Shown here: piece after piece, positions 9,835 through 20,205 of the stretch
Position numbering within the stretch: position 1 is the first letter of the stretch
How the letters are laid out: every line of letters begins with the position of its first letter
Source of the DNA: Desulfatiglandales bacterium
Lineage (GTDB): Bacteria; Desulfobacterota; DSM-4660; Desulfatiglandales; Desulfatiglandaceae
Direction: 5' to 3'
Length of the DNA stretch: 64,000 nt
Assembly (NCBI GenBank): GCA_963662465.1
Contig: OY759599.1
Coordinates: forward strand, 960,001-1,024,000
Notes under the pieces: generated by a model
What the model was told of the DNA's origin: nothing
Databases searched by the model: none
Seen by the model: only the letters and a program-made list of their open reading frames with translations
Program-made: the position numbers and the translations under genes

Positions 9835-11772
9835 ATGGAACTGAGTACACTGGAAAGGGCGGTATTTTGGATTTTGCTGGCGGGCGCAGCCGTTATATCC
9901 GCAGCCAAGGTTGCCTGGACTTTAAGCAGGGTTCGCAGGGGAAGAGATCCGGATCTCATGGACAAACTCCGGTCTAGATTGCGCAAGACGCTCCTTTATG
10001 TTCCACTCCAAATATCCAACCTGGAGTCGGTTTCTCTCAGGGATCCGTCGGGCTTGATCCATTTTATCCTTTTCTGGGGGGCTCTGATACTGGGTTCCTA
10101 TTTTTTCGTCTTTCTGGTCCTGGGAGACGGACTTGGATTATCAGCATTTTTTCGGGAAAGCGCGGCGTTTGCATGGTTGCTTACAGCATCGGGGTGGGTG
10201 GCGATTGCACTTATCCCCGCCATGTTTTTCGCCGCAATACGGCGGCTGGTCAAGAGGCCCGAAAGGCTCGGTCCTGAGTTTGACGGCGCCATATTCATGG
10301 TTTTGACCACGGGCGTCTTCCTGCTGGCGGCGGGGGCGTTTGTGTCCGAGGGACTTCGTGCATTCTTGCATGGGACCGGTTATCATGCCCCGTTGGCGGG
10401 GAGTTTATCTTCATGGTTCGGGCGAAGCGGGATCGAAGCTTCCTTTGCGCACGGCTTATTGAGGTCCGTCTGGTGGGTGCAGGTCGGGACGCTTGTCGGG
10501 TTATTGGTCTACGCCCCTTTTTCCGGACACCGACACCCGTTTTATGGGCCATTCAATATTTTTTTTCAACTCGCCCGTCATCCGAGGTGTATGGCGCCGG
10601 TGGATTTGACGTCGGGGAAGCCTCTCGGGGCCTCAAAGTCGGAACATCTCACCTGGAAACAATTCCTGGAAGCACTTTCCTGTACTCAATGCGGAAGATG
10701 TCAGGATGCCTGTCCCGCTTATGCTACGGGAAAGCTGCTCTCCCCCAAGGCCATCCTCATGGGTACGAAACGAAAACTTGAAAGCACTGATAATGTTTTT
10801 ACGCTGGATAAAGTCTCTGCCTACGTCTTTTCCTGCACAGCCTGTGGGGCGTGCGTAGCGGTATGTCCCATGACCAACCGTCCCATGGAACTGATTATGG
10901 AGTTGAAGCGTGGCTTGGTTTACGAGGGGGTATATGAGGCTGGGCAGCAGCGTGCATTGAAACGTGTGAGCCGGGATTACAATCCCTTTGGGCGGCGGTG
11001 GAATCAGCGGGGGGAATCCCTGCGTTTGAAGCAGGCGCGTGAAGATGAACACTATGACTGCATTTACTGGATCGGTTGTCTTGCCGCCTTTGATGATACG
11101 GTAAGGCGGATTGCCGAATCAACCGCTTCAATCCTTCGAGCGGCGGGTGTTAACTTCGCTGTATTGGGTGTGAAGGAAGCCTGCTGCGGCGACTTTGTCA
11201 GGCGTCTTGGCGACGAAGGGCTATTTCAGAAACTCGCTGAAATGAACATTGAAACACTGAAGGGGTATGATTTCGATTTCATTTTGACCCACTGTCCTCA
11301 TTGCTTTAATGTCCTTTCCAATGAATACAAACAATTCGGAGGAAATTTTAAAGTCGTCCATCATAGTCAGTTCATAGAACAACTTATGAATCAAGGTCAG
11401 ATCAAAACCAGCGTTGGTAAAGAAAAAATTGTATTTCATGATCCGTGTTATCTTGGTCGATTCAATGAAATTTATGAATCGCCGAGAAATGTGCTGACCC
11501 CAATTGCGGGTCAGCTGATGGAATTTCCCTCGAACCATGCGCAAAGCGTTTGTTGCGGCGCCGGTGGGGGGCATGTCTGGATGGAAGAGGAGATTGGTGA
11601 AAAGATGAGCGTTCGAAGATTGCGGGAGATTTCTAAAAATCCGCCCGATGTTGTGGCTACGGCTTGTCCCTTCTGTTTGATGATGCTTCAGGAGGCTTCC
11701 TTGATCCTTGATGATCAGCCGGCTTTTCGAATCGCGGATTTATCGGAATTGATTGAAAACAATATGCAATGA
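9835..11772 (+). CDS. Membrane-anchored Fe-S oxidoreductase (FadF/HdrD-like, likely ETF:quinone oxidoreductase)
   Basis: About 5 N-terminal TM helices, CTQCGRCQDACP and CTACGACVAVCP, two CCG domains, FHDPCYLGR. Confidence 0.88.
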   Translation: MELSTLERAVFWILLAGAAVISAAKVAWTLSRVRRGRDPDLMDKLRSRLRKTLLYVPLQISNLESVSLRDPSGLIHFILFWGALILGSYFFVFLVLGDGLGLSAFFRESAAFAWLLTASGWVAIALIPAMFFAAIRRLVKRPERLGPEFDGAIFMVLTTGVFLLAAGAFVSEGLRAFLHGTGYHAPLAGSLSSWFGRSGIEASFAHGLLRSVWWVQVGTLVGLLVYAPFSGHRHPFYGPFNIFFQLARHPRCMAPVDLTSGKPLGASKSEHLTWKQFLEALSCTQCGRCQDACPAYATGKLLSPKAILMGTKRKLESTDNVFTLDKVSAYVFSCTACGACVAVCPMTNRPMELIMELKRGLVYEGVYEAGQQRALKRVSRDYNPFGRRWNQRGESLRLKQAREDEHYDCIYWIGCLAAFDDTVRRIAESTASILRAAGVNFAVLGVKEACCGDFVRRLGDEGLFQKLAEMNIETLKGYDFDFILTHCPHCFNVLSNEYKQFGGNFKVVHHSQFIEQLMNQGQIKTSVGKEKIVFHDPCYLGRFNEIYESPRNVLTPIAGQLMEFPSNHAQSVCCGAGGGHVWMEEEIGEKMSVRRLREISKNPPDVVATACPFCLMMLQEASLILDDQPAFRIADLSELIENNMQ

Positions 11773-12026
11773 GCGATTATAATTTGTTCAAACGCTTGAA
11801 AACGGATTGCAGGAGAAAAGTAGAACTGGTTATGACTAGTGCTGGCGCGCCTGAGGATCTTATCGACCGGGCCAATCATCTCACCTAATTCAAGCAGATC
11901 AAACACCCCTACTATTCGGACGCCAAGGCAAGAAAGGGCATTGAATTCTAGCGGGTCAAAAATGTGGGCTTTGATTTTGTCGGGACAACGCTAAATCAAT
12001 AATTTTGATATGCTAAGGAGTATTCG

Positions 12027-13199
12027 ATGTCCAACTCATCAATGACGGAAACATTCATCTCCGGCCTGGGAGTCCTGGCAATCATCTATTTTCTGCTCTG
12101 GGGACTACTGTACCTAATCTACGGCAAAACCCTGGTGGTTCGCCTGTGGCAGCGTTTAGGTCCGGGCATTATGGTTTTCTGCTTTCTTGGCGTTTTGGCT
12201 GGAAAATTCGAAGAAAGGGGTGTCAGCGACCTGATCACCAAGATAGTCCTTCCTTTGGGCGCTCTGGTACTCATGACGGTAAATCTCATTATTGTGGCCC
12301 GAGGAATAGCACAACCCATTCAGCGGACCGTAAGAGGGATCACTGAAGGCGCCGACGAAGTGGTTGACGCTTCTGAGCAGATCTCCTCGGCCAGCAACAC
12401 CTTGGCCATAGGGGCAGCGGAGCAGGCGGCATCTATTGAAGAAACCTCCTCTTCCCTGGAAGAGATGGCTGTCATGACCCAGAAAAACTCAGAAAATGCC
12501 GGTCAGGCAGACTCGCTGATGAAAGAGACCGATGATGCTGTGAAGGAAGCCCAGAGTGTCATGGCGGCGTTGAATACTTCCATGGGAGAGATTTCCGAGG
12601 CCAGTGAAAAAACCCAGAAGATCGTCAAAACCATCGATGAGATCGCCTTCCAGACCAACCTGTTGGCCCTCAATGCTGCCGTTGAGGCGGCCCGGGCCGG
12701 CGAGGCGGGCGCAGGCTTCGCCGTGGTGGCTGACGAAGTGCGCAACCTGGCCATGCGCGCAGCCGAGGCGGCGAGAAACACCGCAGAGTTGATCGATGGG
12801 ACGGTTCGCAAGGTAGAAAAAGGGACGAAAACGGTGGATCGGACCTCAGAGATTTTCGCCCAGGTGGTCAGTAATTCCGGTAAGGCCGGCGAATTGGTCA
12901 ATGAAATCGCTTCGGCCTCTTCGGAACAGGCCCAGGGCGTTGGCCAGCTCAACACCGCAATGGCGGAAATGGACAAGGTGGTTCAACAAAACGCCGCGAC
13001 AGCCGAGGAGGTCGCAGCGGCCACGGAATCGATTTGCGGCCAGGCGGACCGAATGCGGAAACGCATTTCGGAACTGTCAGCCATGGTTTTCGATGCACGA
13101 AGAGAGAGGGGCAGAGCCCGAGTCACCACAGGCGACGCGCCATCAATCTCAGAAGACCGGAAGCTCCTGCCGTCCGTTTCCAGATTTGCAGACTATTAA
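12027..13199 (+). CDS. Methyl-accepting chemotaxis protein without periplasmic sensor domain
   Basis: [37 protein letters not shown]; three short N-terminal hydrophobic segments. Confidence 0.92.
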   Translation: MSNSSMTETFISGLGVLAIIYFLLWGLLYLIYGKTLVVRLWQRLGPGIMVFCFLGVLAGKFEERGVSDLITKIVLPLGALVLMTVNLIIVARGIAQPIQRTVRGITEGADEVVDASEQISSASNTLAIGAAEQAASIEETSSSLEEMAVMTQKNSENAGQADSLMKETDDAVKEAQSVMAALNTSMGEISEASEKTQKIVKTIDEIAFQTNLLALNAAVEAARAGEAGAGFAVVADEVRNLAMRAAEAARNTAELIDGTVRKVEKGTKTVDRTSEIFAQVVSNSGKAGELVNEIASASSEQAQGVGQLNTAMAEMDKVVQQNAATAEEVAAATESICGQADRMRKRISELSAMVFDARRERGRARVTTGDAPSISEDRKLLPSVSRFADY

Positions 13200-13383
13200 A
13201 GGGTGTTAAAACAATCGGGTGATAGTATAATAAAAACAATTGCATATACATGAAAAAGCCTCTATAAATAGTATCTGCTGAATTTTAGCCCTATGAAGAG
13301 ATTGGGTCGTTATCCATACCTCAATATGCTACTATTCGGATAGCTGTTTAAAGGTGTCTCATCCATCTCATATAGGTTTAGGG

Positions 13384-13541
13384 TAGGGCGTCTAAAACGA
13401 CAAAAAAACATTCCCCGGTTTTTGCCCCCCCCCAATTTCTGGATTTGTGGTTGCCCTGTTTGTGCCCACAAATCTAGAAATTTGGGGGGCCAAAAACCGA
13501 GCAACAAATTTGAGCGCTTTTGGCTCTTTTTAGGCGCCCTA
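13384..13541. mobile_element. MITE-like element (158 bp)
   Basis: Terminal IRs tagggcgtctaaaa / ttttaggcgcccta (13/14 match) and an internal hairpin with ~33-bp arms (13417-13498); no coding capacity. Confidence 0.65.
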
Positions 13542-13730
13542 GGCCTGGGCCATTGCATGGGTGGGGACAAGTATGGGGTCAGCAAGTTATGCACCGTCTC
13601 CATTTTTTCCGTGTAATACGAAAATAAGTAAACCCTCACGACAAAGGGATTTGCCACCCCCGCGGATGAAAATAACATCTACCGCTTTTAAGCTAACAGC
13701 TAATCGCTAACGGCTGTATTTTCATGGTAA
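13542..13730 (+). repeat. Copy 2 of direct repeat; includes a thiolase 3' fragment (13542-13616)
   Basis: Encodes GLGHCMGGDKYGVSKLCTVSIFSV* versus GLAHCMGGDKDGDSKSCTVSIFSV* at 3776-3850. Confidence 0.9.
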
Positions 13731-13768
13731 AAATTGGGGCGTTGGTACAGGCAGGCCAGAGATTGCTT

Positions 13769-14551
13769 TCAATTGAAGTAGATTACTACACTTGAATTGT
13801 CTATGCAACAAACGCAATTATCGGCAGCTCGAATGCCACTGATTTTGGAATTGACTGGGACATTCACCGTTATTAAATTATTTCCTGAGTTTCCTGAAGA
13901 AGACACGGCGGCTACTGTTTTCAATGTTTCCCATTTGTTTGCTCGGTAAATCTGTATCATCACGTTACTTTTGCAGTTAAATCCTCTTCCGGTGTCAAAA
14001 GTCAAATCAAATGCACGGACATATTGGTCTGGGAATTTATATGTATGGGCTCCTAGGAAACAGCAACACCCTTTTTCTGCATTTTCTTTATTTTTGCAGG
14101 AGAGCCTGAGCACTTTTTGTGTTCCTCCCGGACCTCCTTTTGCAGCCGTACCATACCATGGGTAGACACCGTCCACGGAACCTTTGAATTCGCTGACTGT
14201 ACCAGCGATGAAATAGTCGCCGCTATAATAGGGTTGTCCTTGGGCGCCTAGCTTGGGATCAAGAATCCATCCGTCATACAATTGTCCGTTACCTTTCGGA
14301 TTCCGATGCAGCATCAAATGGCGCCCAACTAGAAACCCCTCCACCGGCGTTCCCAGAAGAGTGCCGGTCACCTGCTTCGTTTGGGGATTGTATTTGTAAA
14401 TAAGCAATCCTATGTAACCATTGCAATTCACATTCCAGCTGGTAGGGTATGGCGTTTGTTGGCCAAATGCGAAATGAGCCGAAAAGACCCAACAGATAAT
14501 TCCCACAACAACCGGGACTAGAGCCCCATGCATTTTCCTTTTCGTATTCAT
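13769..14551 (-). CDS. Secreted Cys-rich hypothetical protein
   Basis: GGAGG RBS, signal peptide ending AFG, GGPGG linker, C-terminal GCCCF and CVCCID. Confidence 0.65.
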   Translation of the reverse strand: MNTKRKMHGALVPVVVGIICWVFSAHFAFGQQTPYPTSWNVNCNGYIGLLIYKYNPQTKQVTGTLLGTPVEGFLVGRHLMLHRNPKGNGQLYDGWILDPKLGAQGQPYYSGDYFIAGTVSEFKGSVDGVYPWYGTAAKGGPGGTQKVLRLSCKNKENAEKGCCCFLGAHTYKFPDQYVRAFDLTFDTGRGFNCKSNVMIQIYRANKWETLKTVAAVSSSGNSGNNLITVNVPVNSKISGIRAADNCVCCIDNSSVVIYFN

Positions 14552-15037
14552 TTCGCTCACGCCTCCAATTTTTACTAGAGTATTCATTTTGTCACCCGAA
14601 AGCCTCAAGAACCTTATTTGCATTTAGATTCTTACGCTTTCAATGTGAGAGCCTATCTCTCAGAATGTCCGGATCTATTTGATAATAATGCGTTTCCCAG
14701 TTGTATTGAAAATTTAAAATATCTTTTGCTAGGATTTAGTTTGATAATTTTAATGTTAAACAACATTTCGCGCTTAGGTCAATTCAAATTTCATTACACA
14801 ATAAATTCGTTGACGTTCCAGCAAGAGCAATTGCTCATAAAGAATGCTGTAGCTGGGAATCTGAGTTATGCCAATAGTCGCAGATTCGGAGACCGGATGA
14901 TTCTCCTTTGCTTCCAGGGCCGAGGGGGTAAGGAATAGATGGAAACAGAGACTGAGAAATACGATACACATATGGAGGAGGGATGTTGCCATTAAAAATA
15001 TAACCTTTATTTTGATTGCAGGCTTTTCGTTCAGGGC

Positions 15038-15988
15038 CTATATGGCTGGGTTTAACAGAATCTGTACCTCGACGGTTTCTTCTCCGGTTTTTATTTCAAA
15101 AAAGTTGCTTTCGCCATAAAATCCAGATGGCGGTTGTTCGTGTACCGAGTTGTGTTTAAACTGATAAATGCCAGGCACAAGGGACATAAACCCTCCTGAG
15201 AGATCACGGAGTTTTAATTCTTGTCTCTCTTTCTCGACATACTTGTACTGACTGCTTGCGTCGTCCGGCCAGCGTTTGACAACAACTCCTTTATCCTGCT
15301 TTTGACGTTCATAACGGATAAGGACAACGGATCCAACATGGTCAAACGGCATGACCGACTGATGGGAGACATTGAAAAAGATCGGCTTAACCAGACATCG
15401 GCTTTCTGTGACTTTCTCAACTCCTGCCCCTGTATAATCAAACTCAGCCAGTTCCTGCCAGGGGGCCGGGCTGTGATCTCTTGTTACCGCCCGGGTTTTG
15501 ATGACATAGCGACCGGGATTCCAATCCCGCGGGGCAATCCAAACGCTGATGCCCAGGTTCCCCCCTATTACTCCGGCAGCGCTTTGCTTTAGAAGTATAC
15601 CATAGGGGGATGCCTGGTTCCACTGGACGTTGAAACCGGCACTGGCGACGTTTTTGATGGACCGGTCGTCGCTCGCAGGGTCGACAATCACACCGAACGT
15701 ATCAGGAGGGATTGGATTGCAACGGGCGCTGCGGTTTTGCAGCACACCGAATACAGGTTTCCCGTGTGCGTCGAGGATCAGCAGTTCGATCCGGGCGAGC
15801 GGCCCTAAGGCATCGATGCTGGGGACCACCCATTCGATGACGATTGCGGCGGCATTCGGTTCATAGTTGGCGCGGACAAATTGCATTCCGGCGAGCGGTG
15901 GGGCCTTACGAGCTGCCATGGCGTGGGTCGAACTGGCTAGGCTAAGAAGTAGGACTGTTGTCAGAAAACAACGGATTTTGGTGCTCAT
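15038..15988 (-). CDS. Secreted hypothetical protein
   Basis: Signal peptide; ATGA overlap with the upstream gene. Confidence 0.65.
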   Translation of the reverse strand: MSTKIRCFLTTVLLLSLASSTHAMAARKAPPLAGMQFVRANYEPNAAAIVIEWVVPSIDALGPLARIELLILDAHGKPVFGVLQNRSARCNPIPPDTFGVIVDPASDDRSIKNVASAGFNVQWNQASPYGILLKQSAAGVIGGNLGISVWIAPRDWNPGRYVIKTRAVTRDHSPAPWQELAEFDYTGAGVEKVTESRCLVKPIFFNVSHQSVMPFDHVGSVVLIRYERQKQDKGVVVKRWPDDASSQYKYVEKERQELKLRDLSGGFMSLVPGIYQFKHNSVHEQPPSGFYGESNFFEIKTGEETVEVQILLNPAI

Positions 15989-17139
15989 AAATAGGATAGC
16001 CATTCTTTGGACGCGATGGCAATACTCGTCTTTAACTTCTCGGGCGCGTGTTCCATCAGCGCCGCGATGATCTCTTTTTTGGTAGACTTATAAGGAGGCT
16101 CCATGACGTGCAGCGCAGTGGTCCCGGCATCGATCTTGAGCAGCTTCATTACTCGCTTGGGCGTCCATATGCCGCCCAACCTGCGTGGGGAGAAGACTTG
16201 AGACACTCGGAAGCCCTCCACATCGGACCAGTCCACAGTGGTCAGACCAAACAAATCCTTGAGCCCGATCGTTTCACTGGTGATCACTAGGATCTGAAGA
16301 GACATCGCAGTGGTGACGAACGCCAGCACCGGATTCGCGAGTACCATCATGAAAAACCCCATGCCCCGTGTCAAAGTTTCGTTCCAGTCCGGCGTTGTGT
16401 GGAATACCTGAGCAAAGATCGTATCCAGGAGCCACAGGGCGAACACGACCTGTACGACGATGATAATGACATCCCAGATCAAAATGGCGCTTCTTTTGCC
16501 GATGTAGATGCCCGCGCTAGAGGGACGCGCGTAACATCCCTTCAGAAAGAAAAGGCCCAGTAATAGGAAGAGACCTCCGACAATTCTGCCCCCGGTCCTG
16601 AGATGCTTCACTTCCATGGGGACGATGGTGGGGACCGTCTCGACCCACCCCTTGCAAACATACCTTCCGAACTGGAATGAGCCATCCTTGATTCCGAAAG
16701 CCTTCCGGAAGGCATCCCATTCTTCAGGCGGAACCGCGTCTTGAGAGATGGGACGATGATAGTTGTGGCGCCCGTTGGCGTACATGCGCCGCATCGCGCT
16801 GACTTCCGATTTGAGCGCGGGATAGCGGGCCAGATCTTCAGCCCGTATTCGGGGATAGCCGTATGAATTCATGACCGCGTCCGCACGGGCTTCAGCCAAG
16901 GCCATTTGCTCTTGCTGTCTTTTCAGTTGCCGCCACGCGTCTTCCTGGGTCTTCGGCTTAGGCAGAGGCGGATCCGAAACGCCGGGATGTTCGGGGACTG
17001 CCAGAACCTCAAGGATATCCAGAAAGAGAACGGCCTTTCCGCCTTGCCCCAAGCGATGGGTGCTAATCGGGACGAAGATCAGCACCAACCCGGCCGGAAG
17101 CAGAAGGTACGCCATCCATCGTTTCAGCACCACCAACAT
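15985..17139 (-). CDS. Membrane protein, possibly with a C-terminal bacterial PH-like domain
   Basis: About 4 TM segments; C-terminal TTVDWSDVEGFRV resembles bPH domains. Confidence 0.65.
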   Translation of the reverse strand: MLVVLKRWMAYLLLPAGLVLIFVPISTHRLGQGGKAVLFLDILEVLAVPEHPGVSDPPLPKPKTQEDAWRQLKRQQEQMALAEARADAVMNSYGYPRIRAEDLARYPALKSEVSAMRRMYANGRHNYHRPISQDAVPPEEWDAFRKAFGIKDGSFQFGRYVCKGWVETVPTIVPMEVKHLRTGGRIVGGLFLLLGLFFLKGCYARPSSAGIYIGKRSAILIWDVIIIVVQVVFALWLLDTIFAQVFHTTPDWNETLTRGMGFFMMVLANPVLAFVTTAMSLQILVITSETIGLKDLFGLTTVDWSDVEGFRVSQVFSPRRLGGIWTPKRVMKLLKIDAGTTALHVMEPPYKSTKKEIIAALMEHAPEKLKTSIAIASKEWLSYL

Positions 17140-17222
17140 GAGTAACGTCCCCGCAATCCTATTCCCAGTATGGGTATTTTTATCATGTCTCCTTCTGGTC
17201 CAACGCTCATAATCCCTCCATT

Positions 17223-17597
17223 TTACCCCCTTCCAGCTGCCAGCAGAAGTCGAATATTGCGGTAGTTAGCCGGCGTGTTCCACGTTGAAAACCCCAGGAC
17301 TCTCAAGTTTTGCAGCGGGACGGGATCTTGCCAGGTTAGTGTGATATTTTGACCGGGAATTTCGTCTCTTCCAACCATAATAATACCCCGGTCAACGCTG
17401 ACCCAGTAGGTAGCCCATTGTCTAGCGGACACTACGGCCTGGGGATTTTGCTTTACAATCAAACCGTTATGCACCTGACGGGGGGTCTGCCTTCCCTTGC
17501 GGATGATTGTCTGAGTATTGTTGAAGTTGTTTGCACTGGCATGTCGACCACCGCATTTTGGTTTCAAGGAGTACCGGGCAGCAAGTACAGGTTGCAT
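17223..17597 (-). pseudogene. Fragment resembling a farnesoic-acid O-methyltransferase-like domain
   Basis: NNTQTIIR..YWVSVDRGIIMVG..WQDPVP..LGFSTW; the N-terminal part of the domain appears missing. Confidence 0.45.
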
Positions 17598-17627
17598 GGC
17601 GCCGGAGGTTTCTTGTTCTTCGTCTCT

Positions 17628-18389
17628 TCAGCGAACGAACTTCCACACCGTATGATAGAGGCCTGTGATAACTGGCGTGTAGTCCGGACTCACGCCGATG
17701 CGAAGTCCTTTGCCACCTCCGGGTAGCAAATGCCACGAGGATCCGTGGTAGAAAAAAACCTGGTTGTCCGTGCCAATCACATAGGGTGCTCCGGCAGGGC
17801 CGGTGCCGATGTCCTTTCCACGGCCACCTCCGGCAAGCTCGGTCCATCCAGAGGGACTTCCACGGAATATCCTGTTGTCCGTACCGATCACGAACGGGGT
17901 TCCATTGTCCGCAACAGTGATGGCCTTTCCTTTGCCTTTCCCGGGATATTCGACCCATTTATTGACGTTGAGATGGTATATGCCATTGTCCATGCCAATG
18001 ATCCAAGGTCGTCCGTTCCCGCCCACGGCTATGTCTTTGCCTCTGCCACCGCCAGGCGCCTCAGCCCAACCCTTCCCGGTTGCGTAGTAGATCCGGGAGT
18101 CCGTGCCGATCACCCAGGGCCTACCGCTGGGTGTCACCGCAATGGCCAGACCTTTGCCTCCTCCGGGGTAAGCCACCCACTTTCCTGCAGAGTAGTGCCA
18201 GATCGTGTTGTCGGCCGCAATGGCCCAGAGCGCAGTGTTGGTCGCGGCAACATCTATGCCAGTTTTAGCCAAGGATTTCCATTGCTGGCGGCCAACCTTT
18301 TCTAGGGATGTCTATTGCTGGGCGGACACCGCGCCTGAAAAGGCCAATCCGAGAATCAGGAAGATCGCCCAAAAAGACAGCTTTCTCAT
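17628..18389 (-). pseudogene. Secreted tectonin-like beta-propeller (lectin-like) with in-frame TAG at codon 26
   Basis: GGAGG RBS, ATG 18389 and signal peptide, TAG at 18312-18314, then ~36-aa repeats W..PGGG.GKDIAV...G.PWVIGTD. Confidence 0.7.
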
Positions 18390-18516
18390 TCTTTTCCTCC
18401 CTCTATTATTTGTATTCAGATGGGCCAACAGTTATTATACGGATCTGTTTATCATTACATCTGTAATGCTATCCAGTGAAAAGCGAACCGTATTGCAATA
18501 CAAATAAATATATACC

Positions 18517-19604
18517 AAAACCATAGAACGCCGAAAAGGTAAAAAAATTAAGGCGAAAGGCTGTTATCGTGACGCAGTTCGCTCTTCACAAGAAAAAGTG
18601 GTACTTTGCTTTGGACTTAAATGGATATCCATGATGGCGGTTGTTCCCTTACCCTGGTCGCAGCGCCCATGGGCTTTACCGTTTCTCACAGTTCTTACGC
18701 CGTCAAAATCTTACAACAAGGCCCAAAATAAACGACATAAGACTACCGTTGATTGGACCTGCCAGATGATCATACAAGTAAGACGCTGGTTGCCAACTCA
18801 CCCCATGGTTTTAGTTGGAGACGGTGCTTATGCTGCTGTTAAGCTCGTGCTGTGTTGTATGGGTTTTTCTACGCCCGTTAGTTTGGTATCTCGTTTGCGT
18901 CTAGATTCCTCCTTATATGAATTCCCGGCTTCTGCTCAGCCCGGAAAACGGGGACCTAAACCTAAAAAAGGGAAAAAACAATCTTCTTTGTCAGAACGGG
19001 TTAACGATCCGTTAACTAATTGGAATCTCATTACGATTATTTGGTACGACGGCGTCAAACGCACGCTTGAAATATTTTCCGGCATTTCCCTTTGGTATAC
19101 GCCTGGGCAGGATCCTGTTCCTATAAAATGGGTTGTCGTTCGTGACCCAAAAGGAGAACTGCGTACTGAAGCTTTTTTTGCCACAGACCTAAAAGCAACA
19201 GAAAATGAGATCCTCACATGGTTTATCCTCAGATGGAACATTGAAGTCACATTTGAAGAGCTCCGCGCTCATCTTGGTTTTGAAACCCAAAGACAATGGT
19301 CTGACTTTGCCATAGCCCGTACAACACCAGCACTATTCGGCATGTTTTCCGTTGTTGTTCTGGTCGCCTTAGAATTGCTAAAGAGCAAAACCCTGACAAT
19401 CTCGACCTGTGCATGGTACAAAAAATCCGCCGCAACTTTTTCGGATATTATTGCTTTAGTTCGCAGGCATATTTGGCATGCCAGGAATTACACGAATTCA
19501 TCACCTGAGGCTGATTCAACCTATTTCCAAGATGATTTGCTCGAAATACTGCTCGATATAGTATGCTACGCAGCTTGAATCCCAATAGATTGGCCAAAGT
19601 CGAG
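18517..19604 (+). mobile_element. 5'-truncated IS701-like DDE transposase (reading frame ends 19578) with probable right end
   Basis: Begins mid-protein at TIERRKGKKIKAKGCYRDAVRSS; LVGDGAYA, RWNIEVTFEELRAHLG; ttggccaaagtcgag after the stop; no left end seen. Confidence 0.75.
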
Positions 19605-19631
19605 ATTAAAGCATTTGTTTAAATTCTTACC

Positions 19632-20123
19632 ATGGCACGGATGGCAAGGGCAGTGGCTCCGGGTTTTCCTCATCACATTACACAAAGGGGGAATAGACGG
19701 CAGCAGACATTTTTCAGCGATCAGGACTTCGAAGCCTATCTGACTTTGATGTCGGAATGGTGCCTGAAATATAAAGTCGAAATATGGGCTTATTGTCTGA
19801 TACCCAATCACATCCACCTGATTGCCGTTCCAGAAACCAAGGATGGATTAAATCTAGCCATTGGGGAAGCCCACAGGCGATATACGAGAATGATCAATTT
19901 CAGGGAAGGTTGGCGCGGTCATTTATGGCAGGGGCGGTTTGCGTCATTTATCATGGAAGAAAGGTATTTATTGGCATGTACCCAGTATTCTGAAATCGAA
20001 TTGTTCAGAAAGTATGAACGGACCGGTCGACCGTTAGGAAAAGCGACTTTTGTAAAACAATTGGAGACTATTTTAGACAGGCGGCTGAGGCCGAAAAAGC
20101 CTGGTCGAAAGAAAAATAGGTAA
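19632..20123 (+). pseudogene. REP-associated tyrosine transposase (RAYT, Y1 HUH) with internal deletion
   Basis: HHITQRGNRRQ, AYCLIPNHIHL, GHLWQGRF; jumps from CTQY directly to the C-terminal RTGRPLG and lacks the usual NPVRA..WSS segment. Confidence 0.8.
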
Positions 20124-20205
20124 GGTGTCCCCGGATTTGAGGTGCTTTATGCACCGGTTTCCCTCGATACTGTGATTCGCTTGTCATTCGAAAGAGGTGT
20201 CGGGA

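Noticed and set aside
17650..18200. Regular ~108-bp repeats
   Set aside because: They are coding beta-propeller blades, not an array.
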